The notes below the pieces were generated by a model. The model was not told where the DNA came from. It saw only the letters and a program-made list of their open reading frames with translations, and made no database searches. Below are positions 9,765 to 20,046 of a stretch of DNA of 46,496 nucleotides, in pieces. The first letter of the stretch is position 1. Every line of letters starts with the position of its first letter. The DNA is from Escherichia phage SandraMuster_Bas78, in sequence record PQ850625.1, one strand, 5' to 3'. The translations under genes were made by a program, and so were the position numbers.

Positions 9765-10070
9765 TCACTCTGCTGGCAATGTTGTTGGCTCATTAACAGA
9801 TTCCTCAACCGCAGATTCAACGATGCGCACCAGTGAGCACTCAAGATTCGGTGCATTGTAATTACCAGCCAGAAACAGAACACTGCCGGTGCTGATTAAT
9901 ACCTGCTTTGCGTTCGCCTGTGACAGATTCTGCACGATGAATTGCGCTGTTTCCGTGCCGATTTTTAGCACTGCGCTGCCGTCGCTGTTCAGTGATACCA
10001 GTTGTGCTGAAGTGTCGGTAATATTGGTGTAGCTCGCGTTTCGTTGCGCGATTGTTATGTCTGTGAACAT
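9765..10070 (-). CDS. hypothetical protein
   Basis: Track ORF in minus-strand island. Confidence 0.35.
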   Translation of the reverse strand: MFTDITIAQRNASYTNITDTSAQLVSLNSDGSAVLKIGTETAQFIVQNLSQANAKQVLISTGSVLFLAGNYNAPNLECSLVRIVESAVEESVNEPTTLPAE

Positions 10071-10071
10071 A

Positions 10072-10293
10072 TTAGCCTCTTACGTTTAATTTGATTTTTC
10101 CATCCACGTCGCGTGATGCACACTCAACAGTGATTGTTAACTTGGTGATCTCTTCGACGTCTGCATCAAGAATCAAGCGGACGCAACCACCAACTATTCT
10201 ACCATCCTGATCAACAACGCGAATTTTATCATCGACTCTTTCAACGTGGAGCCAAACCTTTTCTTCATCACAGCCATTATTGAGAATTGACAT
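10072..10293 (-). CDS. hypothetical protein
   Basis: Track ORF, adjacent to upstream gene stop. Confidence 0.4.
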   Translation of the reverse strand: MSILNNGCDEEKVWLHVERVDDKIRVVDQDGRIVGGCVRLILDADVEEITKLTITVECASRDVDGKIKLNVRG

Positions 10294-10724
10294 TATTTAA
10301 TCTCCAGTTCTTTTGCGCGAATTGCGCTGTCAATGATGTCTTGCAAATCCTGTTCGCGCGATTTATGTCCGCGCTCGCCGGCTTGCAACGCCTTCTTGAT
10401 TAAGTGCTGCAATGCTGGGTTGGTGACATTCCACGCCATGAGTACATCGTACACGTCAATAAAAATACCAGGCTTAATCTCGTGCAGGTATTTGTTATCA
10501 GCCTCAGGAGCGCCAATGCAATCATTGAGGTCTTGTTCGTCGGTAATTGGCTCGCGGTATGCAATAACAACATCCCCGCGACCCTCAATCGCTTCAATGC
10601 GATCAGCATAATATTTGCTTAGATAGAAAATCTCACCAGTCCTTTCTGACTTAACTACAAGATAAGCCGCGTTATGGCCAGCAAAATCATCCTCACAACC
10701 TTTCAGATATTTCCACTTTTTCAT
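10293..10724 (-). CDS. hypothetical protein
   Basis: 143 aa track ORF, start overlaps upstream stop. Confidence 0.5.
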   Translation of the reverse strand: MKKWKYLKGCEDDFAGHNAAYLVVKSERTGEIFYLSKYYADRIEAIEGRGDVVIAYREPITDEQDLNDCIGAPEADNKYLHEIKPGIFIDVYDVLMAWNVTNPALQHLIKKALQAGERGHKSREQDLQDIIDSAIRAKELEIK

Positions 10725-10915
10725 TTCATCGTCACCCGATTATTTTCATCAACATTAAAATTCGCACGAATCAAATCATACATGTCATTTTTAGGCATAT
10801 CAGCCAGCGCCACATAGCAACGGGCAAAGTAGCGAACATCACGGAGTGTCAGCGGCTGCCGCTTCTCCACAATGCTGGTGATAATGTCCATCGGCTCGCG
10901 TCGTGGTCTTGGCAT
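10721..10915 (-). CDS. hypothetical protein
   Basis: First gene of minus-strand island, downstream of divergent regulatory region. Confidence 0.45.
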   Translation of the reverse strand: MPRPRREPMDIITSIVEKRQPLTLRDVRYFARCYVALADMPKNDMYDLIRANFNVDENNRVTMK

Positions 10916-10942
10916 ATTTACTACTCCTTCTCGAAAAACATC

Positions 10943-10987
10943 TTGACGTTTCTACATCACTTAGTCAATACTTATTGACGTAGATTG
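10943..10987. promoter_or_regulatory. divergent control region with two copies of the TTGACGT-TCTAC motif
   Basis: TTGACGTTTCTACATCA and TTGACGTAGATTG between divergently transcribed gene blocks. Confidence 0.45.
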
Positions 10988-11014
10988 TACCACAACGGAA
11001 AAGGTGATGTGGAA

Positions 11015-11212
11015 ATGCGATACAAAGAAATAGCAGCGAGATACCAGAAAGAAGTGCGCGAGGTTATGGAAATCCTTAACGTTCGCGAAGATACCATTAA
11101 GTATGTGGAAACTGCCATGTGTTCACTTGCTCTTGAAGCGGAGGTTGCAGGTCGTGAAAAGGCTGACGAACTTATATCTGCGTTGGTTTATAGTTCAACC
11201 AGTAACGGTTGA
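11015..11212 (+). CDS. hypothetical protein
   Basis: ATG at 11015 preceded by AAAGGTGATG; inside track ORF 10985..11212. Confidence 0.4.
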   Translation: MRYKEIAARYQKEVREVMEILNVREDTIKYVETAMCSLALEAEVAGREKADELISALVYSSTSNG

Positions 11213-11272
11213 ATATGAAGGTTATCTGTGCGTTGAGCACGTTGTTATCAAGTTCTACGGGAGAAATTATAA

Positions 11273-11467
11273 ATGGCGCATGACGAGCTGTACGAAGAAT
11301 CGTTAATCCAACGACTGAATGAAGTTGAGCGTACTCGCGAATGGCTGGAGTGCGAATTGCGAGAAGTGCGTAACCGACTGCAACGCAAGCGCAGTCAGCA
11401 GAAGGACGTTATCGACTGGTCAGGCGACGTGCCTAAATTTAACAATCTTGGGGAGTGGTTGAAATGA
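11273..11467 (+). CDS. hypothetical protein (charged, helical)
   Basis: Track ORF. Confidence 0.45.
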   Translation: MAHDELYEESLIQRLNEVERTREWLECELREVRNRLQRKRSQQKDVIDWSGDVPKFNNLGEWLK

Positions 11468-11706
11468 CAGCGCCACATATGCCAATGATGAATGAGGAAG
11501 GTTTGCTGGAGTGTCCGTTTTGCGGTTCGCTTGAGGCTTGCCTGTTCGATGAATTGGTTTTATCTCATGTGTTTTGCTCGTCATGCGATGTGCGCACGGA
11601 TGATTACCTTGATGCTTCTATGGCGGTGAAGGCATGGAATACCAGGGGTGGGTTTGTTTATAGTAATGCTGACTATGAGGATATCAATAATGAAGTGCGA
11701 TCTTAA
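11455..11706 (+). CDS. small zinc-finger protein, possibly Lar-like restriction alleviation family
   Basis: CPFCG...C...CSSC cysteine arrangement in an 83 aa protein, as in the Lar-type small Zn-binding proteins I recall. Confidence 0.35.
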   Translation: MVEMTAPHMPMMNEEGLLECPFCGSLEACLFDELVLSHVFCSSCDVRTDDYLDASMAVKAWNTRGGFVYSNADYEDINNEVRS

Positions 11707-12205
11707 TCATGAGATTGTTTTGTCGTTAATTGATTACAATCCAGAGTCTGGGCAATTCACCAGAAAGAATGGGAAACAATGCGGCACAAAAACAACGAAG
11801 GGTTATATCCATGTGCGACTGCTTGGTAAAAAGCGCCTTGCGCACCGCCTGGCTTGGTTTTATGTTTACGGCGAATGGCCAGAACATGAGATTGATCATA
11901 TTAATGGAGTAAAAGATGACAACAGGATATGCAATCTAAGGAAGGCAACAAGACAACAAAATGAATGGAATAAGCCGCAACCAGGCACCAATACATCTGG
12001 CGTCAAGGGCGTGTGGTTTGCGTCAAACAGAGGGAAATGGCGTGCTGATTGCATGAGAAAAACACTTGGTTACTTTAACACGAAAAAAGATGCTATTAGC
12101 GCATTAATTAAATACAGGAGCGAAAACCAAGGCGAGTTCAAAAATCACGGACACCTGTACACTGCAGAAGACTTCAATCAGGCAGCCGAGGAGCGTGATT
12201 TATGA
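11693..12205 (+). CDS. HNH endonuclease with AP2-type DNA-binding domain
   Basis: HRLAWFYVYGEWPEHEIDHINGVKDDNRICNLR (HNH) followed by SGVKGVWF...KWRA...LGYF (AP2-like); paralogous to gene at 37197..37823. Confidence 0.7.
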   Translation, partial: KCDLNHEIVLSLIDYNPESGQFTRKNGKQCGTKTTKGYIHVRLLGKKRLAHRLAWFYVYGEWPEHEIDHINGVKDDNRICNLRKATRQQNEWNKPQPGTNTSGVKGVWFASNRGKWRADCMRKTLGYFNTKKDAISALIKYRSENQGEFKNHGHLYTAEDFNQAAEERDL

Positions 12206-12501
12206 GTTTTGCGCAATTCATACTGAAGGAGGCTGAAAAGAAACAGAGGAGGCACAAGGAATATACTCATTCAACAGTTCACTCTTTTGAATTTCAGCAA
12301 TTAATGGATGCGTTTTGTGATGCTGAAGTTAGCGATGAGTTTGCGTGGGAGTGGAGGCATACCAATACATTTGGCAATACAAGATTGCGTGACGCTCAGG
12401 TTAACTATGCTTATAAGGTTGCGCACATTTGCGGGGTAAAGATATCAGTAACACCATTAACAAAATACATGAAGATTGTCTATCTCGGCGAGGTGGATTG
12501 A
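12202..12501 (+). CDS. hypothetical protein
   Basis: Track ORF, start overlaps HNH stop. Confidence 0.45.
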   Translation: MSFAQFILKEAEKKQRRHKEYTHSTVHSFEFQQLMDAFCDAEVSDEFAWEWRHTNTFGNTRLRDAQVNYAYKVAHICGVKISVTPLTKYMKIVYLGEVD

Positions 12502-12502
12502 T

Positions 12503-12679
12503 ATGGGAAAATCAAAACGCAAGAAGCAAGAGTATGAACCGCTGCCACCATGCGAAATGTATGGAATTCCGCAGCATGAGGATGTGATTCTAACCGAGGC
12601 AGAGTGGCGAAAGGTAGCAAGAGTGCAAATCATGTTCCGCAAACTTGCTGAGGATGTACTAAATGAGATGGGCTATTAA
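12503..12679 (+). CDS. hypothetical protein
   Basis: ATG at 12503 with GAGGTGG upstream, inside track ORF 12476..12679 (track start TTG). Confidence 0.4.
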   Translation: MGKSKRKKQEYEPLPPCEMYGIPQHEDVILTEAEWRKVARVQIMFRKLAEDVLNEMGY

Positions 12680-13028
12680 GCATAAATCTGGCAGAACTCT
12701 GTTTGTAACATCAGATGAATTTATTGCCAATAACCGCAGAAAGATGGGCTGGATAGTGGAGGAGGTGAAGATGACGAGTAGAGAGCAGTTTGAGGAGTGG
12801 ATTAAGGAAGAAACAGGTTTTGATTTATGGCGCACGGAATACCCAATGACTGAATGGGATGACCAGCAGTACAAGTGCCATCAAACAAACCTTGCATGGA
12901 TGGCGTGGCAGGCATCACGCTTAGCTATTGAGATTCAAGCATGCCCATACCCAAACGACCACGGACCACATGTTGATGACTATTATCGCGAGCAAATTAA
13001 TAACGCAGGCTTAAAGGTGAAAAAATGA
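12663..13028 (+). CDS. hypothetical protein
   Basis: Track ORF. Confidence 0.45.
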   Translation: MRWAIKHKSGRTLFVTSDEFIANNRRKMGWIVEEVKMTSREQFEEWIKEETGFDLWRTEYPMTEWDDQQYKCHQTNLAWMAWQASRLAIEIQACPYPNDHGPHVDDYYREQINNAGLKVKK

Positions 13029-13351
13029 TTATCCAACTAAACGAAATCATGAAAGCAGACATCATTCAGCTTGAAGATTATGACATGCAACTGGCGTTTG
13101 AAATAGAAACTGTTGAGCGTCAACTGCAATATGCTGATAAGAAGAATGATCGCATCTGGCATGAGAAAGCGCTTAAAGCACGGGACCACATGAAGCGCAC
13201 GCGAGCACTTATTAAAACTCGACTTGATAAATTGTATTTTGGCGAGGAAAGGATGATTCATGGAGCTATTCTTGCGCAAATCCGTAAGGAAATGCCAATT
13301 GGCAAGTTTATGTCATACGTTCACCGCGCAAAGCAGGAGGCCGGGTTATGA
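13025..13351 (+). CDS. hypothetical protein
   Basis: Track ORF, ATGA overlap with upstream gene. Confidence 0.45.
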   Translation: MIIQLNEIMKADIIQLEDYDMQLAFEIETVERQLQYADKKNDRIWHEKALKARDHMKRTRALIKTRLDKLYFGEERMIHGAILAQIRKEMPIGKFMSYVHRAKQEAGL

Positions 13352-13536
13352 GCGAACCAAAATTTCCAGAGCTGCCTGTTGAGGTTCAGGTTGCATTGAT
13401 CAATGCGGCAAGTGCAATGGCGACAAAGAAGATTGAGGCAATAGGCAGTGATTACAACAGGAGCATAGACTGGTTTCAGAGGGAGTATCAAAAAATCTGC
13501 GACGCACTATACAAAGAAAACAGGGGTAGATCATGA
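13348..13536 (+). CDS. hypothetical protein
   Basis: Track ORF. Confidence 0.4.
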   Translation: MSEPKFPELPVEVQVALINAASAMATKKIEAIGSDYNRSIDWFQREYQKICDALYKENRGRS

Positions 13537-13679
13537 TTCCATTACTGTGGATATTATCAGCATACGCATTCGCAAGGGTATTTGAGGCTGACACTCTGTA
13601 CCAGATGATTTGCTATGGCGCTCTGTTCTGCCTATCTGGTGCTGCACTTGCATTTATGGATGATGTGATTTCAGACTAA
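13533..13679 (+). CDS. small membrane protein (48 aa)
   Basis: ATG overlapping upstream stop (ATGA); hydrophobic translation MIPLLWILSAYAFARVF... Confidence 0.3.
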   Translation: MIPLLWILSAYAFARVFEADTLYQMICYGALFCLSGAALAFMDDVISD

Positions 13680-13734
13680 CTCCGTATATCTTTTGTTCAT
13701 CATGGGCTGCTATCATTTAATCAGGAGGTAGCCC

Positions 13735-13857
13735 ATGAATATAATCCCTATCACTTACTTTCTCACGCTGTACGCACTCACCAATTCGCCATTGTTTGCA
13801 CTGGCTACCGCCTCATGGTGCTACATCTCCCTGTGTTATAATTCGACCACAAACTAA
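13735..13857 (+). CDS. small hydrophobic protein (40 aa)
   Basis: ATG preceded by AGGAGG; below track cutoff. Confidence 0.3.
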   Translation: MNIIPITYFLTLYALTNSPLFALATASWCYISLCYNSTTN

Positions 13858-13873
13858 CCGTGGAGAGTTAACC

Positions 13874-15753
<1,880 letters not shown>

Positions 15754-15755
15754 TA

Positions 15756-16826
15756 ATGGAAAAGATTATTTTTACCAAAGACCTGGTAGCCAACTCCGCA
15801 GTGGTGGCTGACCAGTGGAAACATCTGACCATCGACCGCAAGGTGTTCTGCAATGCAGAAGCTGAACTGGCGAAAACATACGGTGTTAACGCCACCGCAC
15901 TGGTAACGAAAGATTACTGGCGCGACGTGGATAACGTCACCACCCGCGTTTTCCGCAACGAAGCTGGTCAGGACATGATGGCTGACCTGATGGGCATCGC
16001 GGCAAACATCAACATCGGAAAGACTGTGGCAATCAGCCGCATTGCTTCCGATGCTGGCAAGGTAGTCCGCACTCTGTCTGGTCAGGAGCCGGAAGATTTG
16101 GATAAAACTCGCTACGATTACACTGGCGATGTGATCCCAATCTTCAAAACTGGCTACAGCCGAGAATGGCGCGAGCTGCTGGGTATGCAGTCTGAAGGCT
16201 TCGACCCACTGCTGGACGATCAGGCCAACGTCACCTTTAACCTGCGTTCCGACATGGCGCAGTATCTGCTGACCGGCGACCAGACTCTGAACGTGAACGG
16301 CGTTTACACTGGCTATGGTATCACCAACCACCCGAACACTGTTCAGGTTAACCTGAATGCTTCCGGCGGCCTTAATATCGACCTGCAAACTGCAACGCCA
16401 GACGAAATCGTGACCTTCTTCAATCAGGATTTCCAGGCTATTCTGGATGCGCAGAACGTATTTGAGCAGGTGACTCTGTGGGTTTCTCCGGCAGTGCGTC
16501 GTAGCTTCATGCGTCCGTATTCTGATGCGGCAGGCTTCAAAGGCGGCACTGTTGAGCAGTACATCACGCAGTTTGGCAATGGTCGCATCGGTAAGATTGG
16601 CACCAACTTCCTGCTGACTGGTAACCATTTCGTTGGCTACGTTCGCAACGACATGTACATCCGTCCGCGTGTTGCTCAGCCAGTTTCCACCTACGCGGCA
16701 GCTCGTGCCAACCCGCACGATAACTTTAACTTCCTCGTGTGGTCTGCTTTTGGTTTGCAGATTCGCAAGGACGCCACTGGCAAGTCCAGAGTGTTCAACG
16801 GCTACGGTACGCAAACTCCGGTGTAA
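15756..16826 (+). CDS. major capsid protein
   Basis: 356 aa ORF at the end of the head operon, followed immediately by strong terminator; typical position and size. Confidence 0.65.
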   Translation: MEKIIFTKDLVANSAVVADQWKHLTIDRKVFCNAEAELAKTYGVNATALVTKDYWRDVDNVTTRVFRNEAGQDMMADLMGIAANINIGKTVAISRIASDAGKVVRTLSGQEPEDLDKTRYDYTGDVIPIFKTGYSREWRELLGMQSEGFDPLLDDQANVTFNLRSDMAQYLLTGDQTLNVNGVYTGYGITNHPNTVQVNLNASGGLNIDLQTATPDEIVTFFNQDFQAILDAQNVFEQVTLWVSPAVRRSFMRPYSDAAGFKGGTVEQYITQFGNGRIGKIGTNFLLTGNHFVGYVRNDMYIRPRVAQPVSTYAAARANPHDNFNFLVWSAFGLQIRKDATGKSRVFNGYGTQTPV

Positions 16827-16829
16827 TAA

Positions 16830-16856
16830 AAAAAGGGGCGAAAGCCCCTTTATGAA
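16830..16856 (+). terminator. rho-independent terminator after capsid gene
   Basis: AAAAAAGGGGCGAAAGCCCCTTTAT. Confidence 0.65.
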
Positions 16857-16869
16857 TTTGAGGTGAATA

Positions 16870-17067
16870 ATGGCTAAATACGAAGTGATCGCTCGCGGAA
16901 TCTTTGTTAAAGAGAAGGGCAAGATTCGTGAATTGCAGCTTGGCGAGGTGATTACCGAGCCAGACGAGCATCTGCTACCAAAACTGCGCGTTATGCCAGA
17001 ACTGGAAAAGACTTTCGAAGTCGCAACCCCGCAAGAAAAGACGACAAAGAAAAAGAAAGCAGAGTAA
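16870..17067 (+). CDS. hypothetical small protein with Lys-rich tail
   Basis: Track ORF with AGGTGAATAATG start context. Confidence 0.4.
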   Translation: MAKYEVIARGIFVKEKGKIRELQLGEVITEPDEHLLPKLRVMPELEKTFEVATPQEKTTKKKKAE

Positions 17068-17071
17068 ACTG

Positions 17072-17097
17072 AACCCGCATAATGCGGGTTTTTTATT
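17072..17097 (+). terminator. rho-independent terminator
   Basis: ACCCGCATAATGCGGGTTTTTTATT. Confidence 0.65.
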
Positions 17098-17124
17098 GGG
17101 GATTCCATGGATGCAAAATAAAAG

Positions 17125-17150
17125 AAAAGCCCCATGACGGGGCTTTTGAT
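17125..17150 (-). terminator. bidirectional hairpin terminator ending the minus-strand MTase/clamp operon
   Basis: AAAAGCCCCATGACGGGGCTTTT, A-run and T-run on both sides. Confidence 0.6.
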
Positions 17151-17152
17151 TG

Positions 17153-17692
17153 CTACAGACGCATCGGCATAACAACAATCTTAGCAGTCTCGCCAGATGG
17201 CGCATTAAGACAGCAAACTGCGGCATTTGTGTTTCCATTAAGTTCAAATTTGATACAACTGAATTTAGGATTAAACAGCTTCGCCACTTTCTCAACGTCA
17301 ACCAGATATCCAGCATTGAAGCCAATTTCCTCTGCTGGCAAGGTCTGCTTCGGAATGACGCGATCAATATCAGGGAATCGCCCGTCAATCTCTTCACAGA
17401 TACCAGCACCAACCATAACGCCAGCTTCATCATGATACGTTGCAATTTTCGACTTTGTATCAATGATGGCGTGGTCATAGCGTTTTGTTGGTGACTTGCC
17501 AATCTTGATAATCACATTTTCTGTAAGATTATTATCATGGTTTCCACCAATAAATGCGCGATGACCGTCAGTTGATGCAATACGACCATCAGGCATAAAG
17601 CAAATGCCATTCAGGTAATACCGCACATCGTTGCGCGCCTGAAATATTAATGCTGATTCAAGTAATAGTTTGCCGATTTTTAGTTTCATCAC
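17153..17692 (-). CDS. truncated beta sliding clamp (DnaN) homolog, domains II-III only
   Basis: Translation contains DVRYYLNG, TDGHR, DGRFPD, EIGFN and C-terminal VVMPMRL in the same order as conserved blocks of bacterial DnaN; only 179 aa; start overlaps upstream ORF stop (TGATG). Confidence 0.7.
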   Translation of the reverse strand: MMKLKIGKLLLESALIFQARNDVRYYLNGICFMPDGRIASTDGHRAFIGGNHDNNLTENVIIKIGKSPTKRYDHAIIDTKSKIATYHDEAGVMVGAGICEEIDGRFPDIDRVIPKQTLPAEEIGFNAGYLVDVEKVAKLFNPKFSCIKFELNGNTNAAVCCLNAPSGETAKIVVMPMRL

Positions 17693-17862
17693 TTCACCTT
17701 AATCATATGCTGTTTTGCAACCTTCAGGCACTCCTCAAAAATGCCACCCTTCTTTGCGCTCTGATTGCGCTTGTAATACTGAACTGCCGCATCAATTGCC
17801 ATCTGGTCGATTTCAGGCAGTTTGGTGCGTAGTTGTTTTTCAATGAATTGTTCTGGTGTCAT
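17689..17862 (-). CDS. hypothetical small protein (57 aa), translationally coupled
   Basis: Minus-strand ATG overlaps MTase stop (TAATG) and its stop overlaps the DnaN-like start; below track cutoff. Confidence 0.4.
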   Translation of the reverse strand: MTPEQFIEKQLRTKLPEIDQMAIDAAVQYYKRNQSAKKGGIFEECLKVAKQHMIKVK

Positions 17863-18662
17863 TAAACGGACCTCATGAATGCTTTAATGAATTCTGCTGC
17901 GACTTGTGGAACTATGGCATTGCCATAACCGCGCAATCGTCCCACTCTTGCGGATACCCCATGAGTTGCCTCGCAAAATCCGCCTGGTATGACTCTAGTT
18001 TCCTTATCTGCTCCATGGTTGGGTTTCCATGAATCCCATAAACATGAAGCCACATCTGGCGATAAAGAGTATCGTTCCTGAATTTTCCGTCCTTTCTGTA
18101 AAATGTCTTGCTGAGATCCCCGTAATCCTTCCATCCTCGCGCCGTTGGTGTCGCCCATCCTCGCGCCAAAGATGATTCTTTTCCTTTCCTGTGGAGAGCC
18201 GACGCTGCAAGCTGGCAATACTGACGCCCCGCAGGCGTAGCCTTTGTCTTCCAGGTTAAGGAATACAAAATCGAGCCAGTGCTTCCCAATTGCTGCTGCA
18301 ACCTGCTCTCCAAACAGCAATTCAGGCTTGCACTCTCTGATGAGCCTGAGAAATGCTGGGGCAAGGTGTCGATCGTCGTCAAATCCGAGAGACTTACCGG
18401 CAACGCTAAACGGCTGGCAAGGTGGTGATCCTGTCCAGAGTCGAGTGCTTTCTGGTATTCCTGCCAGCTGGAGTGCAATGGGCCACCCTCCGATTCCGGC
18501 AAAGAAGTGACACTGTGTAAATCCTTCCAGGTCTGAAGGGGTGACTTCGGTGATTGATCGTTCATCGACATATCCGTAAGGAATTAGTTTATTGTTAATT
18601 AATTCACGCAGCCATGCCGCTGCGCCCTTGTCCCACTCATTGTAATAGTGGACCATCATCAC
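17862..18662 (-). CDS. DNA (cytosine-5) methyltransferase
   Basis: C5-MTase motifs FAGIGG (motif I), PPCQPFS (motif IV, catalytic Cys), GEQV (ENV-like), GNAIVPQVA (motif X). Confidence 0.85.
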   Translation of the reverse strand: MMMVHYYNEWDKGAAAWLRELINNKLIPYGYVDERSITEVTPSDLEGFTQCHFFAGIGGWPIALQLAGIPESTRLWTGSPPCQPFSVAGKSLGFDDDRHLAPAFLRLIRECKPELLFGEQVAAAIGKHWLDFVFLNLEDKGYACGASVLPACSVGSPQERKRIIFGARMGDTNGARMEGLRGSQQDILQKGRKIQERYSLSPDVASCLWDSWKPNHGADKETRVIPGGFCEATHGVSARVGRLRGYGNAIVPQVAAEFIKAFMRSV

Positions 18663-19468
18663 ATCTTCTCCAGAATTGCCATCACCTCGTGAATATCAGC
18701 AACAGGAATCTGGATAAACTCCTCATTCTCTGCCACTACATGACCAGCAGGAAGAATAACGTGGTCAGCTGGCTTCAGTAACTCAATCAGTCGGTCTACT
18801 GGCTTAATCTTTTTCGACTTAAGCACCTTCGCCGTTACCTTATCCTTGCCTTGCGCCTTCGCTTCTTCGACTGCCTCGTCGATAACTTTAACCGCATCAT
18901 CGCCATGTTCGCGAGTTACTGCTACGGCATTTGCATAGCTGATTTGCCCTGCACTGATTCGCGCTTTTACTTCGGCTGGCACATCACCCAGTGACAGGTG
19001 CATCTGCACGTCAGAAACTGAGCGCCCTACCTTCTTGGCGATTTCCTCGTTGGTCCAGCCAAAACCCTTCAGTCGCGTGTAAGCCTTTGCGCGTTCAAAC
19101 GGGTCAAGCTGCTTACCCTGACTGGACGACACCATGAAGGCGATTTTATCTGCTTCGCCTCCTGTGAAATCCTTGCACTCAATACGAACAATTGGTGCGC
19201 CACGCTCAATGGCACGCAACGCTCCGAGATAGCGATGCTGACCATCAAGAATGCGGATTCCCTTCTCGTCTGGAATAACTGTTAATGCTGGCAATGGCTG
19301 ACCTGACTCCCAGCACTGCGCGAAATACTCCACATGCTGCTCATCTGCTTCGCGGATGTTGTATCCTGGTTCCAGATAGATTTGCTCAACTGGCACGAGA
19401 TATGTCTTGTTTACCGCGATTCCGTTGCGCGTTTCTTTGTCTGAATAGATTTTGCTGAGTGTTTTCAT
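18659..19468 (-). CDS. ParB-like nuclease-domain protein with HTH
   Basis: ILDGQHRYLGALRA matches the ParB N-terminal domain signature; central HTH-like segment WTNEEIAKKVGRSVSDVQMHL; ATGA overlap with MTase. Confidence 0.7.
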   Translation of the reverse strand: MKTLSKIYSDKETRNGIAVNKTYLVPVEQIYLEPGYNIREADEQHVEYFAQCWESGQPLPALTVIPDEKGIRILDGQHRYLGALRAIERGAPIVRIECKDFTGGEADKIAFMVSSSQGKQLDPFERAKAYTRLKGFGWTNEEIAKKVGRSVSDVQMHLSLGDVPAEVKARISAGQISYANAVAVTREHGDDAVKVIDEAVEEAKAQGKDKVTAKVLKSKKIKPVDRLIELLKPADHVILPAGHVVAENEEFIQIPVADIHEVMAILEKM

Positions 19469-19827
19469 TGTTTCTTTCCTAATGCTTTCTTGATAGATTC
19501 TTCAGCTAACAGCAATTCTTCTGGGTATTGTTCATTCCAGTTTTGTTTGTATGCTTTGTTAAGCATTTTTTGCAGAGCTTCAAGCAACTCAGGTGCCGCC
19601 GCCATTAAATTAAAATCATGCTCAACACTGCCATCAATCTCCCAATGCATCCCGTTGTATTTGGCACCCTTACTAGAGAAGGCGATGTTTCTGTCATCGT
19701 CATAGTGACAACCCGGCGTGTCATCAGCTCTACAAGACGGGTAAACCGCTGCGCAACCACCGCGAATATCTGCAACCCACGGACCGGGCGTGCCTTTAAA
19801 TTCTTTCATCTCCATCACCTCTAACAT
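19465..19827 (-). CDS. hypothetical protein, first gene of ParB/MTase operon
   Basis: Track ORF; stop overlaps ParB-like start. Confidence 0.5.
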   Translation of the reverse strand: MLEVMEMKEFKGTPGPWVADIRGGCAAVYPSCRADDTPGCHYDDDRNIAFSSKGAKYNGMHWEIDGSVEHDFNLMAAAPELLEALQKMLNKAYKQNWNEQYPEELLLAEESIKKALGKKQ

Positions 19828-19836
19828 TTATTGTTG

Positions 19837-19883
19837 TTTCTACGTCACTAACTATAAACGCCTCATCAATCTACGTCAACAGG
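19837..19883 (+). promoter_or_regulatory. regulatory region with two direct copies of the TCTACGTCA motif
   Basis: TTTCTACGTCA and AATCTACGTCAACAGG upstream of plus-strand operon starting 19927. Confidence 0.4.
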
Positions 19884-19926
19884 AATATGCTAAAATCATG
19901 CTAATCAAACAACAGGAGATTTAAAT

Positions 19927-20046
19927 ATGGGTTCAACCAATTCGCCGTCTCGTTCACGCGCCACTGGCAATACAAAAACTGGCGGCAAAGCTGGCGCAGT
20001 GAAGCCAAACGGTTCCACCCGTTCACCATCGCGCGGTAAAAAATAA
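19927..20046 (+). CDS. small basic Ser/Lys/Arg-rich protein (39 aa)
   Basis: ATG preceded by ACAGGAGA; translation MGSTNSPSRSRATGNTKTGGKAGAVKPNGSTRSPSRGKK; stop overlaps next start (TAATG). Confidence 0.3.
   Translation: MGSTNSPSRSRATGNTKTGGKAGAVKPNGSTRSPSRGKK

Noticed and set aside
17912-18571. 219 aa ORF in an alternative frame inside the cytosine methyltransferase gene
   Set aside because: The overlapping frame carries complete C5-MTase motifs; the alternative frame has no recognisable features
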